Part shown: positions 39,401 to 48,951 of the stretch, one piece after another | Layout of the letters: each line of letters opens with the position of its first letter | Position numbering within the stretch: position 1 is the stretch's first letter | Assembly (NCBI GenBank): GCA_963717935.1 | Contig: CAVQXP010000004.1 | Coordinates: 1,568,001-1,632,000, forward strand | From: Candidatus Eiseniibacteriota bacterium | Lineage (GTDB): Bacteria; Eisenbacteria; RBG-16-71-46 | Length of the DNA: 64,000 nt | Direction of reading: 5' to 3' | The notes under the pieces: generated by a model | The model's input: the letters and a program-made list of their open reading frames with translations, nothing else | Told to the model about the DNA's origin: nothing | Database searches by the model: none | Position numbers and translations under genes: made by a program

Positions 39401-42081
39401 AGCAGTACCTGAACGAGGGCGGTCTCGAGCTCGGCCCAGATGTCGCGCAGGAACACGCCCAGCGGCTGCTGCGGGCGCGGGCCACGCGCGAGGTGGACCG
39501 CCGCCGGGATCAGCGGGAGCCCGAGCGCGGCCAGCGCGGCCAACGTCCAGCCGAGCGGCGAGCCCGGCAGCCAGGTCCACGCGGACACGAGCAGTATCAC
39601 CAGTGCCGGCGCCACCAGGCTGCGGCGCAGGTTGTCGAGGATCTTCCAGCGGCTGATGAGCGGCAGCCGGCTGCTCTCGAGGCCGTGGCGGGTCGGCACC
39701 AGGGGCAGCAGCCACAGCAGGATCTGCCAGTCGCCCCGCACCCAGCGGTGCTGGCGGCGCGCGTGGGCGAGCACGCTCGAGGGGAAGTCGTCCACCACCT
39801 CGACGTCCGAGACCAGCGCACAGCGCGCGTGCAGGCCCTCGAAGAGGTCGTGCGAGAGCATCGCGTTCTCCGGCACGCGGCCCTCGAGGGCCGCGGCGAA
39901 CGCGTCCACGTCATAGAGCCCCTTGCCGGTGAAGCTGCCCTCGCCGAACAGGTCCTGGTAGGTGTCGGACACGGCCGTGGTGTACGGGTCGACCCCGGTG
40001 TGCCCGGCGTAGACGCGCGCGAACAGCGAGCCCGCGGCGCTGGCCAGCGTCACGCTGACCCGCGGCTGGAGGATCCCGTAGCCCTCGACGACCCGCATGA
40101 GCTTCGGGTCGAGGCGCGGGCGGTTGAGCGGATGCTCGATCACGCCGATCAGCTGCCGGGCCACGTCCCGCGGCAGGCGGGTGTCGCTGTCGAGCGTGAT
40201 GCAGTAGCGGACGTGCGGCAGGATCCCGGGGTCGCCGATCTGCACGACGAAGCTGCTGTCGGTGGCGCCCCGCAGCAGCCGGTTGAACTCCTCGATCTTG
40301 CCGCGCTTGCGCTCCCAGCCCATCCACACGCCCTCGCTCGCGTTCCAGCGTCGCTCCCGGTGGAAGAGGTAGAAGCGGTCCGCGGTCGCCGGGGCGTAGC
40401 GCGCGTTGAGGGAGCGGACCCCGGCGACCGCCGTCTCGAGCGCCTCGTCCTCGCCCGGCAGGTGCTCGGCGGCCGCGTCCGGGAAGTCGGTGAGCAGCGC
40501 GAAGTGGATGTGCGGGTCCATGTTTCCGAGCGCATGCACCTCGAGACGTTCGACCAGCGCCCGCGCGCCCTCGACCGACGTGAGGATGGTTGGCACGATC
40601 ACCATGGTGCGCGCCGCCTCGGGCACGCCACCTAGCAGGTCGAGCCGCGGCAGTGGCTGCGGCCTGGCGATCCGGTGGACGATGCGCTGCACGAGCGCCA
40701 CCGCGAGGTCGCTGGCGGGGATGAGCGCGACCACTCCCACCCAGCCCCACGTCCAGGGCGATGCCTGCGCCACCCGCGCGATGACCACCGCGAGCGCCAC
40801 CGGGAGCGCCGAGAGCAGGGCGATCGAGCCGAGGTAGAAGAGCGTGGCGTGGGCGAAGAGCCCGCGCTTCAGGCGTTGCTTGAGACGCGGGTGGTGAGCC
40901 ACGTCGATCTCGAGGTCGCGGCGGCCGCGCCCGATCAGGTGGTGGCCGACGTGGGCCGCGCTGGATCCGAGGCCCTGGGTCTCCGCCGCTTGGCGCGCGC
41001 TCTCGATGGCGCGCAGGGCGACCCGCACCTGAGCCTCGCCGGTCGGCTCGGCCAGTTCCTCGACCGCGTGGCGGTAGCGGTCGCGGCCCGTGAAATCCAT
41101 GCGGACGTAGACCCCGGGCGGGTCGCGCTGCAGGACCTGCTCGATCAGGCTGACGCGCTCGACGTACCGGTTCCAGTCGAGCGTGGCGCACAGCCGCAGG
41201 CTGGTGATGGAGTTCTCCATCGAGACGTGGTTCATCGCCTGGCGCTGGTGCTCGGCGCGCACGGCCTCCTCGACCGTCGTGCCGGCGGCAGCCAGGCGTT
41301 CCTCGAGCTGCTTCCGCAGCTCGGCGGCCCCGGCGCCGTGCTCGCGCATGCGCTGGAGCAGTTGGTTCACGAACGCGACGTGGAGGACCGCGGGCAGGGA
41401 CGGCAGGTGGCCGCTCGCTCGTGCGCTCTCGAAGCCGCCGAAGTGGCGATCGGCCTCGAGGCGCCCCGCACGGCTCTCGAGCAGCTCCTCGGAGAGCCGG
41501 CGCACGTGCTCGATCAGCGCGAGCTTGAGCATGCTGGGCCACGCCCACAGCTCGCCGATGCTGAGCGGCGCCACGGTCTGGTAGGCGTTCATGAACCGGG
41601 CCAGGCGCCCGAGATCGAGCCGCGCGTCGCTGTAGCGCAGCAGTTCCACGGCCATCGCGTAGACGCGCGCCGTGCCGGAGAGCTCGCGGGTGGCGAGCTT
41701 CGGGAGCTCGAGGTAGTAGCGCGTCGGCAGGTGGTGGCGGACCTCGCGGATCTCGCCCTCCACCAGATGGAAGTTGTCGAGTAGCCATTCGGCGGCGGGC
41801 CCCATGGCCTCGCCACGTCGCACGTCGCCGGCGAGCAGGCGGTACGTCTGACGGAGCACGCGGGCGTCGTCCGTGAGGTGACGCAGCAGGCGGTGGGGAC
41901 CGCGCCGGGGGTGTCGCGAGAGGGTGAAGCCCGCGGCGAGGGCCCGGGCGCGCTCTTCCAGACGCTCGACGCCGAGGAGTTCGCCGTGCAGCGGACTGGA
42001 GTCGAGACCGATCGGTCGGAGATGGATTCCGCCCGGTGGAGTGGGGGCGGGCCGGAACGGCTTGACGCGTACGACTGCCAA
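33454..42081 (-). CDS. Cyclic beta-1,2-glucan synthase (Cgs/NdvB/ChvB type; GT84 plus glucoamylase-like plus GH94 domains), about 2875 aa
   Basis: [110 protein letters not shown] start 42081 chosen from an AGGA RBS. Confidence 0.93.
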   Translation of the reverse strand: MAVVRVKPFRPAPTPPGGIHLRPIGLDSSPLHGELLGVERLEERARALAAGFTLSRHPRRGPHRLLRHLTDDARVLRQTYRLLAGDVRRGEAMGPAAEWLLDNFHLVEGEIREVRHHLPTRYYLELPKLATRELSGTARVYAMAVELLRYSDARLDLGRLARFMNAYQTVAPLSIGELWAWPSMLKLALIEHVRRLSEELLESRAGRLEADRHFGGFESARASGHLPSLPAVLHVAFVNQLLQRMREHGAGAAELRKQLEERLAAAGTTVEEAVRAEHQRQAMNHVSMENSITSLRLCATLDWNRYVERVSLIEQVLQRDPPGVYVRMDFTGRDRYRHAVEELAEPTGEAQVRVALRAIESARQAAETQGLGSSAAHVGHHLIGRGRRDLEIDVAHHPRLKQRLKRGLFAHATLFYLGSIALLSALPVALAVVIARVAQASPWTWGWVGVVALIPASDLAVALVQRIVHRIARPQPLPRLDLLGGVPEAARTMVIVPTILTSVEGARALVERLEVHALGNMDPHIHFALLTDFPDAAAEHLPGEDEALETAVAGVRSLNARYAPATADRFYLFHRERRWNASEGVWMGWERKRGKIEEFNRLLRGATDSSFVVQIGDPGILPHVRYCITLDSDTRLPRDVARQLIGVIEHPLNRPRLDPKLMRVVEGYGILQPRVSVTLASAAGSLFARVYAGHTGVDPYTTAVSDTYQDLFGEGSFTGKGLYDVDAFAAALEGRVPENAMLSHDLFEGLHARCALVSDVEVVDDFPSSVLAHARRQHRWVRGDWQILLWLLPLVPTRHGLESSRLPLISRWKILDNLRRSLVAPALVILLVSAWTWLPGSPLGWTLAALAALGLPLIPAAVHLARGPRPQQPLGVFLRDIWAELETALVQVLLEITLLAYHAYEMLHAIVLTLVRMVSTQRRLLEWETAAAGAVRASGLLSRRGLRVFLAEMWAGPAATLVVLLGVLPLRITALPVALPFLAAWLASPVVAWWLSRPVVPRRLALSAEDTGQLRRVARRTWRYFEHFVTEQDHWLPPDNVQEVPEPHVAHRTSPTNVGMGLLSTLAAHDLGYLRTDEFADRIEGTLTIVESLERHEGHLLNWYDTINLAPLLPRYVSTVDSGNLAGALMALAAGLRQLAEEPEDVRRLWAGALDTAGALADSLAALGHGTHAAAPLRQHCSAALRELEPLRAMLAGPEPTRGRLENALPGTAALSAALQQVAADAAPGPEADEITDWDRALLDALGRWTTAATPPADLPARLEGLARRCDALADAMDWKFLYDRQGGIFSIGFRLADAEGPGRLDTSYYDLLASESRLASFIAIARGEVPQEHWFRLSRALVSVEGRATLVSWSGSMFEYLMPLLVLRSHPETLLENTCRAVVRAQILYGRRQGVPWGISESAFNVLDPHGDYHYKAFGVPGLGLKRGLAEDLVIAPYATALAAMVDPTAAAANFRRLAREGASGRFGFDEALDYTPRRAFLTDGEAAPDPARVHAVRAFFAHHQGMSLVALANAVLDAPMVRRFHSDPRVQATEPLLQERVPRFVPVTQPRPAESTRVEALAPDLSPRRFRSPHTLYPSAHFLSNGQYTAVVTNAGGGASSWRGHAVTRQRDDPTCDPGSQFIYLRDVRSGQLWSAAYQPVCREPECYQVSFRADEAVFDRTDDGIETRLEITVSPEDDVEVRRVSLLNRSDHLREIEVTSLVEIVLAPPADDLAHPAFLKLFLETEYRPECSALLCGRRPRSPDEPALWAVHVLSAEGGVHGAIEWETDRARFLGRGRTPEDPVALDGRALSGTTGAVLDPVLSLRRRVRIAPGGQVRLAFSTGVATSRAAAIALAEKYDDPASAARTFALATTQTHMRMRHLGISTDEAQLYEQLASYVLWTDASLRAAPEFLAGNTLGQPGLWPHGISGDRPILIVRVVEENDLSLVHQVLRAQEYWRLKGLDAEVVILNEHPASYLDEMHEQLQGLLESGPWAAWKHRPGGVFLLRGEGMPEAERRLLMAAARVLLSGERGGLADQLELPFPEPRWPRALAARPAPETAIARDRGPEVEVPPLDHANDRGGFTAGGNEYAIVLNGQEDTPLPWVNVIANERFGTVIGATGAAWTWGGNSRENRLTPFGNDPVSEFSGEALYLRDEEDGETWGATPGPLPRSHDGGRWVTRHGAGVTRFSHGDHGVACELTVFVHVQEPLRLSLLRLTNHTDWPRRLSVFAYNEWALCPPRAGEQRFVITEQDPKTGAVLARNPYNPDFAGRVAFAHASLRPLSATADRLEFLGRNGSLRRPAALAREALSHRFGAGLDPCAALQLGVDLEPGETREVVLLLGQGDNREHALELARRFGSVEAARSALEEVEQRWDELLGAVQVETPDDSFDLIMNRWLLYQAVSSRLWGRTGFFQPGGAYGFRDQLQDVMALAFARPDLFRQHLLRAAAHQFAEGDVQHWWHEPSGRGVRSRCSDDLLWLPYAVAHYVRCTGDRAVLDARVAFLEAPVLQPTELETYGLPEVSRLTGTLYEHCVLAIERSLTVGSHGLPLIGTGDWNDGMNRVGHQGRGESVWLGWFVSKILGDFATIVEAHGDPERATRWRGERRRLGTMLEQAWDGDWYRRAYFDDGSPLGSAQAPECRIDSISQSWAVLSGSAPPGRAERAMDSVRMQLVRRDAGVIQLLAPPFDQSPLDPGYIKGYVPGVRENGGQYTHAALWTVMAFAHLGNGDEAFELFHMLNPINHTRSRAEVERYKAEPFVVAADVYTHPSHIGRGGWTWYTGAAAWMYRLGLESILGLRRRGERLAIAPCVPASWDGFVVRWRYGRSPYEITVENPGHRNRGVAEALLDGVVVDAGAIPLVDDGAEHRLRVVLGTPIAAGSARRPPAARR

Positions 42082-42144
42082 CGCCGGCCGTCCTTCCTGA
42101 ATGGACCGCAGGGAGCCCACGGCCCGAATCGCAGCGACGCGGCC

Positions 42145-42153
42145 ATAGTAGCA
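42145..42153 (-). promoter_or_regulatory. Putative extended -10 promoter of the glucan synthase
   Basis: TGcTACTAT on the minus strand, about 64 bp upstream of the proposed start. Confidence 0.5.
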
Positions 42154-42693
42154 GAGAGGGGCTCGGCGAACCTCTGACCGGCGGGGGGCTCTCGTCCTGG
42201 GTTCCCGGGCGCGTTTCGCGAAGGCTGGCGGCAGCCGGCCAGGACGCTCGCGCGCCGGGCACAGACTCATGTCGGCCGGCTGTCAGTCCTTAGCTCGCGA
42301 TGAGGGGGCCAGCCCCGGACGGTAGGTGGGCTTTCGTCCGCTGCCCGAGCGCCCTCGGACGCGGTTGGGGTGAGCCTGCAGCGCGGTTCAAATCGAACCG
42401 TGGATGGGACTGTGCCAGTACAGCCTCACGATTCTTGTTGTGTTTGCGGGTGCACAGGTAGAGGCTATCCCTCGTTCCCCGCTCGATGTACGGGGCGGCC
42501 CTGAGGCCCGGTCCCCACACCGCATGCGAGCCACGAATCTTCGGACCGACCAACTCAGGTCGGCCTGCGGTCGATTCTCCGGACCGCGCACTGCCGAGGA
42601 TTCCCGAAGATCCACCACCGACGCCGACATCCACTCGCGGATCGCGGGAAGACCGCGATGCCCGCTGGCAAAGCTCTCCTGCAGGAGTCATAC

Positions 42694-43299
42694 GTGCGCT
42701 ATCCACTTTGGATTTCGCTGTTCGTGGTCGCGGCGACGGTCGTTCTGTCCGGATGTCGCAACGATCAGCAGGCCGGTGATGACCTCGGTGCCTCCCGCGT
42801 GGCCCACAGGACGGTCCCTTCCGGCACATCGCTCGAGGTGACGCTCGGCACCGGCCTTTCGTCGGAGAATGCCAGCGTCGGCGATGGGTGGAACGGATCG
42901 GTCCTGAACGGCCAGGACGGGATCCCCGCCGGCAGCGCGGTCACGGGCACGGTCAGCGGGGTCAGGGCAGCGCAGAAGGGCAACCGGGCCATGCTCGACC
43001 TCGGGCTGACTTCGATCACCATCGCGGGGCACCGGTACACGGTGCACGGCAGCACGGAAGCCGTCATCGCCGGTTCGCCGCGCGCTCGGAACCTCGGCGC
43101 GATCGGCGCGGCGACGGCGGCCGGCGCGCTCGTCGGCAACGCGGTCGGCGGCTCGGGCAAGGGAACGCTCATCGGGGCGATCGTGGGTGGTGGTGCGGCG
43201 ACCGGAGTCGTGTCACAGACGAAGGGCTGGCAGGTGGTGCTCAAGAGCGGGACCCCGCTCACCTTCACGACCAGCCAGGCCGTCGCGGTCAGGCTGTAG
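42694..43299 (+). CDS. Lipoprotein with a C-terminal glycine-zipper segment
   Basis: AGGAG RBS before GTG; lipobox LSGC; GAIGAATAAGALVGNAVGGSGKGTLIGAIVGGGAATG. Confidence 0.78.
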   Translation: MRYPLWISLFVVAATVVLSGCRNDQQAGDDLGASRVAHRTVPSGTSLEVTLGTGLSSENASVGDGWNGSVLNGQDGIPAGSAVTGTVSGVRAAQKGNRAMLDLGLTSITIAGHRYTVHGSTEAVIAGSPRARNLGAIGAATAAGALVGNAVGGSGKGTLIGAIVGGGAATGVVSQTKGWQVVLKSGTPLTFTTSQAVAVRL

Positions 43300-43314
43300 G
43301 CGAGGGCGATCGAG

Positions 43315-43665
43315 ATGGTGCGCATCGCCAGGAAGTCGGACGGCCGGCGGATCTTCACCGCCGAGTTCAAGCGCGAGCACATCGGCCGCGTGCTGCGCGG
43401 TGAACTGACGCTCGCGGAGCTGAGTCGAAAGCTGGGGATCGCGCGGGGGCTGTTGCAGCGCTGGAAGCGGCTCCTGACGCAGAGGGCAGGAATCGAGGGC
43501 GCGGCGGGAGGTCACACGACACGGGCGAGCGGGCCGCGAGCGGCGCAGTACGTCCGTGAGCTCCAACTGCTGGTCGGGAAGCAGGCGATGGAGCTGGAAC
43601 TCCTGCGCGCGGAGTTCGATGCGCTCAGGAAGGGACGGCGCTTCCCGGGGGCACGCAGGCGGTGA
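43315..43665 (+). CDS. Orphan IS3-family (IS2 group) OrfA-like HTH protein; no OrfB
   Basis: RRIFTAEFKRE...TLAELSRKLGI....LQRWKR HTH and zipper YVRELQLLVGKQAMELELLR. Confidence 0.75.
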   Translation: MVRIARKSDGRRIFTAEFKREHIGRVLRGELTLAELSRKLGIARGLLQRWKRLLTQRAGIEGAAGGHTTRASGPRAAQYVRELQLLVGKQAMELELLRAEFDALRKGRRFPGARRR

Positions 43666-44057
43666 CCGGTCCGGGTGGTGGCGACGGCCAGAGGAGGACT
43701 TGCGGACGCTCTCGTGGCGCATCGTGCGGCGCGGGCCGCCGGAACGCCATCCCCGACGTGGAACTGCAGCGTCTGCGCGATCAGCAGCAGCGCAAGCTCG
43801 AAAGCGATCTCAAGGCCGGGCAGGCCCGCCTTGCGCGCGCCCAGCAGAACGAACTGCGCTCGCGCCCGGCGGGGCCCGGAGCCGACGAGATCCGCAAGCA
43901 GCACGCCGCCGAGCAGCAGGCGTTCGAAGCGCACGCGGTGCAGCAGCGGCATGTGCTGACGCAGCGCATGCAGAAGCAGATCGTGAACCCGGGCAAGGTC
44001 AAGCCCGCCGCCAAGTCGAACGGCAAGGACAAGGGGCAGGACAAACGGCGCGAGTGA
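43662..44057 (+). CDS. Hypothetical Gln/Lys-rich helical protein or gene fragment
   Basis: From about 43750 codon usage is coding-like (ELQRLRDQQQRKLE...GKDKGQDK); the N-terminal part is doubtful. Confidence 0.4.
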   Translation: MTGPGGGDGQRRTCGRSRGASCGAGRRNAIPDVELQRLRDQQQRKLESDLKAGQARLARAQQNELRSRPAGPGADEIRKQHAAEQQAFEAHAVQQRHVLTQRMQKQIVNPGKVKPAAKSNGKDKGQDKRRE

Positions 44058-44186
44058 CAGCTTCGCCGCCCGGGCAGTGTCCGGCCGTACGGCTGAAGAC
44101 GATCCCCCGGGTGCGCGGCGCCGGCCGCGCCACTCCGGCCTGTCGGTCCTGAACACGGACCGGCGGATCAGCACGGGAGGCAGGAA

Positions 44187-44336
44187 ATGCTGTGGACGAT
44201 CGCAGTGGTGCTCATCGTTCTCTGGCTGCTCGGTCTGGTGACGTCGTATACGTTGGGAGGCTTCATCCACGTTCTGTTCGTCATCGCCGTCATCGCCGTG
44301 CTGCTCAGGGTCATCCAGGGCCGGAGGGTGCTGTAG
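44187..44336 (+). CDS. lmo0937 family (DUF5670) small membrane protein, 49 aa; absent from the ORF track
   Basis: MLWTIAVVLIVLWLLGLVTSYTLGGFIHVLFVIAVIAVLLRVIQGRRVL; GGAGG RBS. Confidence 0.88.
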   Translation: MLWTIAVVLIVLWLLGLVTSYTLGGFIHVLFVIAVIAVLLRVIQGRRVL

Positions 44337-44366
44337 TCGATCCTTCGGCCGCAGGGGAGACATGAA

Positions 44367-44582
44367 ATGAAGATCGTCGGTGTCGCGCTCGTGATTCTCG
44401 GGATCGCCGCCTTGTTCTATGGCGGGATTGGCTACGACCGCAAGACGACGATCCTGGACGTGGGCGGGATCAAGGCTACAGCCACGGAGCACAGGACCCT
44501 CCCGATCGCGCCTGTCGTCGGGGTGATCGCGTTAGTCGGTGGCGTCGCGCTGCTGGTCTTGCCCCGATCGCGCCGTGCCTGA
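44367..44582 (+). CDS. Small two-TM protein, DUF3185-like
   Basis: MKIVGVALVILGI..L.YGGI.Y......LDVGGIKA.......LPIAP..G. Confidence 0.72.
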   Translation: MKIVGVALVILGIAALFYGGIGYDRKTTILDVGGIKATATEHRTLPIAPVVGVIALVGGVALLVLPRSRRA

Positions 44583-44662
44583 CGTTTTCAGTGCACCACC
44601 CATCTTCTTCGCGCTGGCGATCGACGCCGGCGCCGTCGGTTGCTCAGATCGCGAGGTATGAC

Positions 44663-45067
44663 ATGAAGACCTTCCCACGGAAACTCCGCTTCTCGACGAC
44701 TCTGATCGTCGTCCTGTGCATGAGCGCGCTCAACGTCAGCCCTGCTCTGGCGGGACTCGCGCCCTCGCAGACCTCGGGTGCGACCACCATCGCCTCGGCG
44801 CGCGACGCCGACCTGCTCGTGGCGCAGCGGGCGCTCGAGAACAAGATCGTGGCGCAGAAGCTGCGCGACTACGGCGTGGCGGCCACGGATGCCCAACTCA
44901 AGCTGGCGAGCCTGTCAGACCGGGATCTGCACACCCTGGCCAGTGCGTCCCGGGGGCTGCCGAGCGGTGGAGATGGGGCGACCGGAGCCATCATCGGGGT
45001 CCTGGTCGTCGTCATTCTGGTGATCGTCATCCTCAGGCTCACGAACCACCAAGTGGTCGTGAGGTGA
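44663..45067 (+). CDS. PA2779-like secreted protein with a GG motif followed by a C-terminal TM helix
   Basis: GAGG RBS; signal peptide ..SPALA; KLRDYGV...A...LASLSDRDLHTLA....LPSGG then DGATGAIIGVLVVVILVIVILRL. Confidence 0.72.
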   Translation: MKTFPRKLRFSTTLIVVLCMSALNVSPALAGLAPSQTSGATTIASARDADLLVAQRALENKIVAQKLRDYGVAATDAQLKLASLSDRDLHTLASASRGLPSGGDGATGAIIGVLVVVILVIVILRLTNHQVVVR

Positions 45068-45594
45068 CGCTGCAGATGCTGGCGGCGTTGCTGCTGGTGG
45101 CTTCGGCGTCCGTCACACCGTCCGGGTTGCCCGCTGCGGCCCGGACGGACCTCGACGTGCCGGTCGTCGTACAGGCGCCCGAGCGCTGTGGCCAGGCTGC
45201 GCTCGAGATGGTGCTGCGCTACTACGGCGCCGATTCCGCGGGCCTTCAGGAGCCCGGCCGAGCCTACGATCCCGCACTGCGAGGCTCGCTCATCACCGAC
45301 CTGGCGGCGGCCTCGCGCCGGGCCGGGTACGAAGCGACCATCGCGACCCTCCTCCCTGATTCGCTGATCGCCCTGCTCGCAGTCGGCGTGCCGCCCATCG
45401 TGCTCTACCAGAAGGGGCGGGCCCCGCTCACCGTCGCCCACTTCGGGGTGGTGACCGGCTGGGATCCGGCGCGCGAGGTCTTCACCCTGAACGACGGTGG
45501 AGCCCGTCCTCGCGTCCTGGGCCGCGACGACCTGACGAAGCGGTGGCGGACGGCGGGCTCGCAGGCGCTGATCATCCGGCGGAGATCGCCATGA
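45064..45594 (+). CDS. Standalone exported C39-like (papain-fold) cysteine peptidase, PA2778-like
   Basis: LDVPVVVQAPERCGQAALEMVLRYYG (Q, C), AHFGVVTGWD (H), TLNDG (D); GTGA overlap. Confidence 0.8.
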   Translation: MTLQMLAALLLVASASVTPSGLPAAARTDLDVPVVVQAPERCGQAALEMVLRYYGADSAGLQEPGRAYDPALRGSLITDLAAASRRAGYEATIATLLPDSLIALLAVGVPPIVLYQKGRAPLTVAHFGVVTGWDPAREVFTLNDGGARPRVLGRDDLTKRWRTAGSQALIIRRRSP

Positions 45595-46067
45595 ATGTGC
45601 TGCGGCTCGTTCGCTCCGTCCTGGCCGCCCTCACACTGGTGGTGGTCGCGGCACTTGCGGGCTGTGCCCACCTGGTCGTGCTTCACGACCCGCTGACGGC
45701 GAGCGAGCACAACGACCTCGGCGTGGCATACGAATCGAGCGGCCAGCTCGATCTGGCGGCGAGGGAGTATCGCAAGGCCCTGAGACTCGATCCCCACCAG
45801 GCCCGGGCGCGCGTGAACCTCGGCAATGTCGAGGCCGCTACCGGCCGTTGGGGCAGCGCGGAGAAGTGCTACCGGCGCGCGCTCAGCGATTCCGTGACGG
45901 ATTACGACGCCATGAACAATCTCGCGGTGGCATTGCTCAGGCAGGGGCGGCGGCTGGATGAGGCCCGCGCACTCGCCGAGAGCGCAGTGGCCGCGGGTGG
46001 TGAGCGTGACTCGGTCTACCGGGCCACACTCGCCGAGGTGAGGGCGTTCAGCAGGCCATTGCCGTAG
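45591..46067 (+). CDS. TPR-repeat lipoprotein
   Basis: Lipobox LAGC; TPRs HNDLGVAYE..AREYRKALRLDP, VNLGNV..YRRAL, MNNLAVALL; ATGA overlap. Confidence 0.85.
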   Translation: MNVLRLVRSVLAALTLVVVAALAGCAHLVVLHDPLTASEHNDLGVAYESSGQLDLAAREYRKALRLDPHQARARVNLGNVEAATGRWGSAEKCYRRALSDSVTDYDAMNNLAVALLRQGRRLDEARALAESAVAAGGERDSVYRATLAEVRAFSRPLP

Positions 46068-46128
46068 GCCGCGCGAAGCCCGGGTTCACGCCTCGCACGG
46101 AGCGGGGCGGGAAGATGGAGTCTGGCTG

Positions 46129-47559
46129 ATGTCACGATCACTCAAGCGCACGCTCTTCGCCCTCGGCGGCGCCGTCGGGCTGCTGGTACTCGTCGCGTTG
46201 GCCGTGCCGCTGGTCGTGGACGTCGATGCCTACAGGCCCCGAGCGGAGGGGGCTGCCTCCGACGCCCTGGGGATGGACGTCCGGATCGGCGGTCGGCTGG
46301 GCATGGGCTTCTTCCCGGGCTTCCACGTCACGGTGGCGGAGGTCCGCATCCTGGACGAGCAAGGGGTGGCGGTCGCCTCCGCCAGGAGGGCCCGCCTCTG
46401 GGTCGCGCTGTTTCCCCTGCTCCGCAAGGAACTCCGGCTGAGCAGGATCGAACTGACGAGGCCGAGGCTCTCCCTCGAGCGGGACCCTGAGGGCAGGTTC
46501 AATGTCGAGAGGCTGAGGAAGGCGGCAGCGCTGCTGGGTGCGCTGCGCGGAGGCAGCGTCTCGGTCTCGGACGGGACGCTCCTCTACGCAGACCGGAGAT
46601 CCGGGGAGGGGTTCGAGGCCATGGGCCTCAAGCTGAAGGTGAGCCGCATGCGGTTCACGGAAAAGCAGGGCCCGGGGCTCTTGAAGGGCCTTTCCCTCAG
46701 GGCGGAGCTCGCTTGCGGAGAGATCCGGACGAAAGACTTCTCGGTGTCCGCCTTGAAGGTCTCGGTCCGTGGGAAGGACGGGGTCTTCGATCTCAAACCG
46801 GTCACGATGGGCATCTTCGGCGGGGCGGTAGCGGGAAGCATCCAGGCGGATTTCTCAGGTCCCGTTCCCCTGGGTCGGATCCGCTGCTCCCTGCCGCACT
46901 TCCGCATCGAGGAGTTCCTCAAGACCCTGTCCCCGGAGAAGGCTGTGGAAGGGGAGATGGACTTCACGGCGAGCCTGTCGATGCAGGGAAGGACCATGAG
47001 CGAGCTGGTGCAGACCGCGGCGGGAGAGGTGTCCCTTCGGGGCGAGAACCTCACGCTCGTGGACAACGACCTCGACCGCAGGCTCTCGCGGTTTGAATCC
47101 AGTCAGAACTTCAACCTCGTGGACGTGGGCGCCGTCTTCTTCGCGGGGCCCCTGGGTCTGGCGGTCACGAAGGGCTACAACTTCGCGAGCCTCTTCCAGG
47201 GCTCGGGAGGCACCAGCAGGATCCACACGCTCGTTTCCGACTGGAGGGTCGAGTGTGGCGTGGCGCGGGCCAAGGACGTGGCTCTCGCGACGACCGAGAA
47301 CCGGATCGCCCTCCAGGGCGGGCTCGATTTCGTCGATGGACGGTTCGTGGACGTGACCGTGGCCGTGATCGATGCGAAGGGGTGTGCCAGCGCACGGCAA
47401 GTGATACGCGGCACCTTCGCGAAACCGGTGGTCGAGAAGCCGCGCGTCATCACGTCCCTTGCGGGGCCGGTGCTCAAGCTCTACCAGCAGACGAGGGGCC
47501 TCTTCCCGGCCGAGCCGTGCGAGGTCTTCTACTCGGGCTCGGTGGCCGCGCCGAGGTGA
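46129..47559 (+). CDS. AsmA family protein
   Basis: N-terminal anchor, VD.DAYRP..E...S.ALGM.V.I.G.L, LSRIEL..P.LSLERD..GRFN; beta-rich body. Confidence 0.8.
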   Translation: MSRSLKRTLFALGGAVGLLVLVALAVPLVVDVDAYRPRAEGAASDALGMDVRIGGRLGMGFFPGFHVTVAEVRILDEQGVAVASARRARLWVALFPLLRKELRLSRIELTRPRLSLERDPEGRFNVERLRKAAALLGALRGGSVSVSDGTLLYADRRSGEGFEAMGLKLKVSRMRFTEKQGPGLLKGLSLRAELACGEIRTKDFSVSALKVSVRGKDGVFDLKPVTMGIFGGAVAGSIQADFSGPVPLGRIRCSLPHFRIEEFLKTLSPEKAVEGEMDFTASLSMQGRTMSELVQTAAGEVSLRGENLTLVDNDLDRRLSRFESSQNFNLVDVGAVFFAGPLGLAVTKGYNFASLFQGSGGTSRIHTLVSDWRVECGVARAKDVALATTENRIALQGGLDFVDGRFVDVTVAVIDAKGCASARQVIRGTFAKPVVEKPRVITSLAGPVLKLYQQTRGLFPAEPCEVFYSGSVAAPR

Positions 47560-47757
47560 ATGATGGGGCTCAGTGAACGGTGAGGGCCACCGGGGGAGAC
47601 ATCCGGTCGCGGTGCCGCGGGGCTCCGGTTCCACCGCACCCGGGGGGGGCGCAGCGGCCAGCCAATGAACGGTTACAGCGACAACCAGGGCGGTGGGTCT
47701 GAACGGCTCCGCACGCTCCCCGCTCCCGGGGCGACGGGTTCACGAAAGGAGATCGCA

Positions 47758-48252
47758 ATGAGACGCAGCTGTGTTCTGCCGTACGCGACCGCCATCGCAG
47801 GCGCGTTCGCCGCGGCGATCCTCGCCGGCATCCTGTTCACCGGCGTTCCCGCGCGCGCGGACATCGAGGTGCGCATCGACATCGGCAACGCTCCGCCAGC
47901 GCCACACTTCGTCTTTAGCGCGCGGCCGCGGGAGCGGTACGTTCCCGCACAGCGTGTGTACGTGGTGGACGATCCCGGCGTCGGGGACTACGACTGCTTC
48001 CGCCGCGGCGGCTACTACTGGGTGTTTCGCGAGGGCTACTGGTATCGGGCGAGGAACTGGCGCGGTCGGTTCACGGTGGTCCACCCGCGTCACGTGCCGC
48101 AGGTGTTCTACCAGGTGCCGCCCACGCGCTGGAAGCATCACCCCGCCGGCCCTCCGGGGCTCGTGAAGAAGAAGAGCGCTGGCGGCCCTCAGGGGGCCAC
48201 GGAAAAGGGCGGCAAGGGCCAGGACAAGCATGGCAACCGCGGCAGGAAATAG
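47758..48252 (+). CDS. Hypothetical secreted protein with a Trp/Tyr-rich beta domain and PPG/Lys-rich tail
   Basis: AAAGGAG RBS; signal peptide ..PARA; YYWVFREGYWYRARNWRGRF; HHPAGPPGLVKK. Confidence 0.68.
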   Translation: MRRSCVLPYATAIAGAFAAAILAGILFTGVPARADIEVRIDIGNAPPAPHFVFSARPRERYVPAQRVYVVDDPGVGDYDCFRRGGYYWVFREGYWYRARNWRGRFTVVHPRHVPQVFYQVPPTRWKHHPAGPPGLVKKKSAGGPQGATEKGGKGQDKHGNRGRK

Positions 48253-48631
48253 GCTGCCAGAGCTTGCCCCTGGACTCAGGCGCTGATCCACGGCCGCCCG
48301 GTTCGAGAGAGCCGGGCGGCTTCGGCGTTCCGGCACGAGACCGGCTTCCGCCGTCCCTGCCGAGGGGCACCGTGGGAGGCGCGCGGTCATGGCGCCGGAG
48401 TGCCCTGATCGCGGCCCTGTTTGCGTTCCGGGCCCGAAGGGTGCACAGTGGCCGTGTCTTCGGTTGATTGGGATGTGGCCAGACGTTTCGATTCCGCCAG
48501 GGACAGAACCCTGGCGTTCTCATTTACCCGCACCTGGTCGCCGGAGCACCGGTCATAGTGACCGGCCGTCGCCGCCACGTGAATGGGCGGCAAAGCACAG
48601 GGTCTTCGGACCCGGCATCAAGGAGTTCCAA

Positions 48632-48832
48632 GTGGCTCGTGGCACCGTGAAGTGGTTCAACGAAGCGAAGGGTTTCGGTTTCATCTCCCAGGAGGGTGGC
48701 GAGGACGTGTTCGTCCACTTCTCAGCGATCTCGGGCGAGGGCTTCAAGACGCTCGCCGAGGGTGAGGCGCTCGAGTTCGACGTCACGCAGGGCCCGAAGG
48801 GCCTGCAGGCCTCGAACGTCCGGAAGGCGTAG
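48632..48832 (+). CDS. Cold-shock protein (CspA family)
   Basis: [51 protein letters not shown] before GTG. Confidence 0.96.
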   Translation: MARGTVKWFNEAKGFGFISQEGGEDVFVHFSAISGEGFKTLAEGEALEFDVTQGPKGLQASNVRKA

Positions 48833-48859
48833 CCGCTCCGGGAACCACTTCACGCCCGG

Positions 48860-48887
48860 GAGGCGGCGCCCGCATGGGCGCCGCCTC
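48860..48887 (+). terminator. GC-rich hairpin after csp
   Basis: gaggcggcgccc-gcat-gggcgccgcctc perfect 12-bp stem; no U-tract. Confidence 0.55.
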
Positions 48888-48951
48888 AGGCGTTCAGGGG
48901 CAGGTGCGGCTCATCGACGGATGAGCGGGAACCCCACGAGAGGAGTCCCTG

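Noticed and set aside
48580..48620. c-di-GMP-I riboswitch suggested by GCAAAGCACAGGGTCT
   Set aside because: The upstream GGCAAA/GAAA tetraloop stem and downstream consensus are missing; local hairpins explain the sequence.
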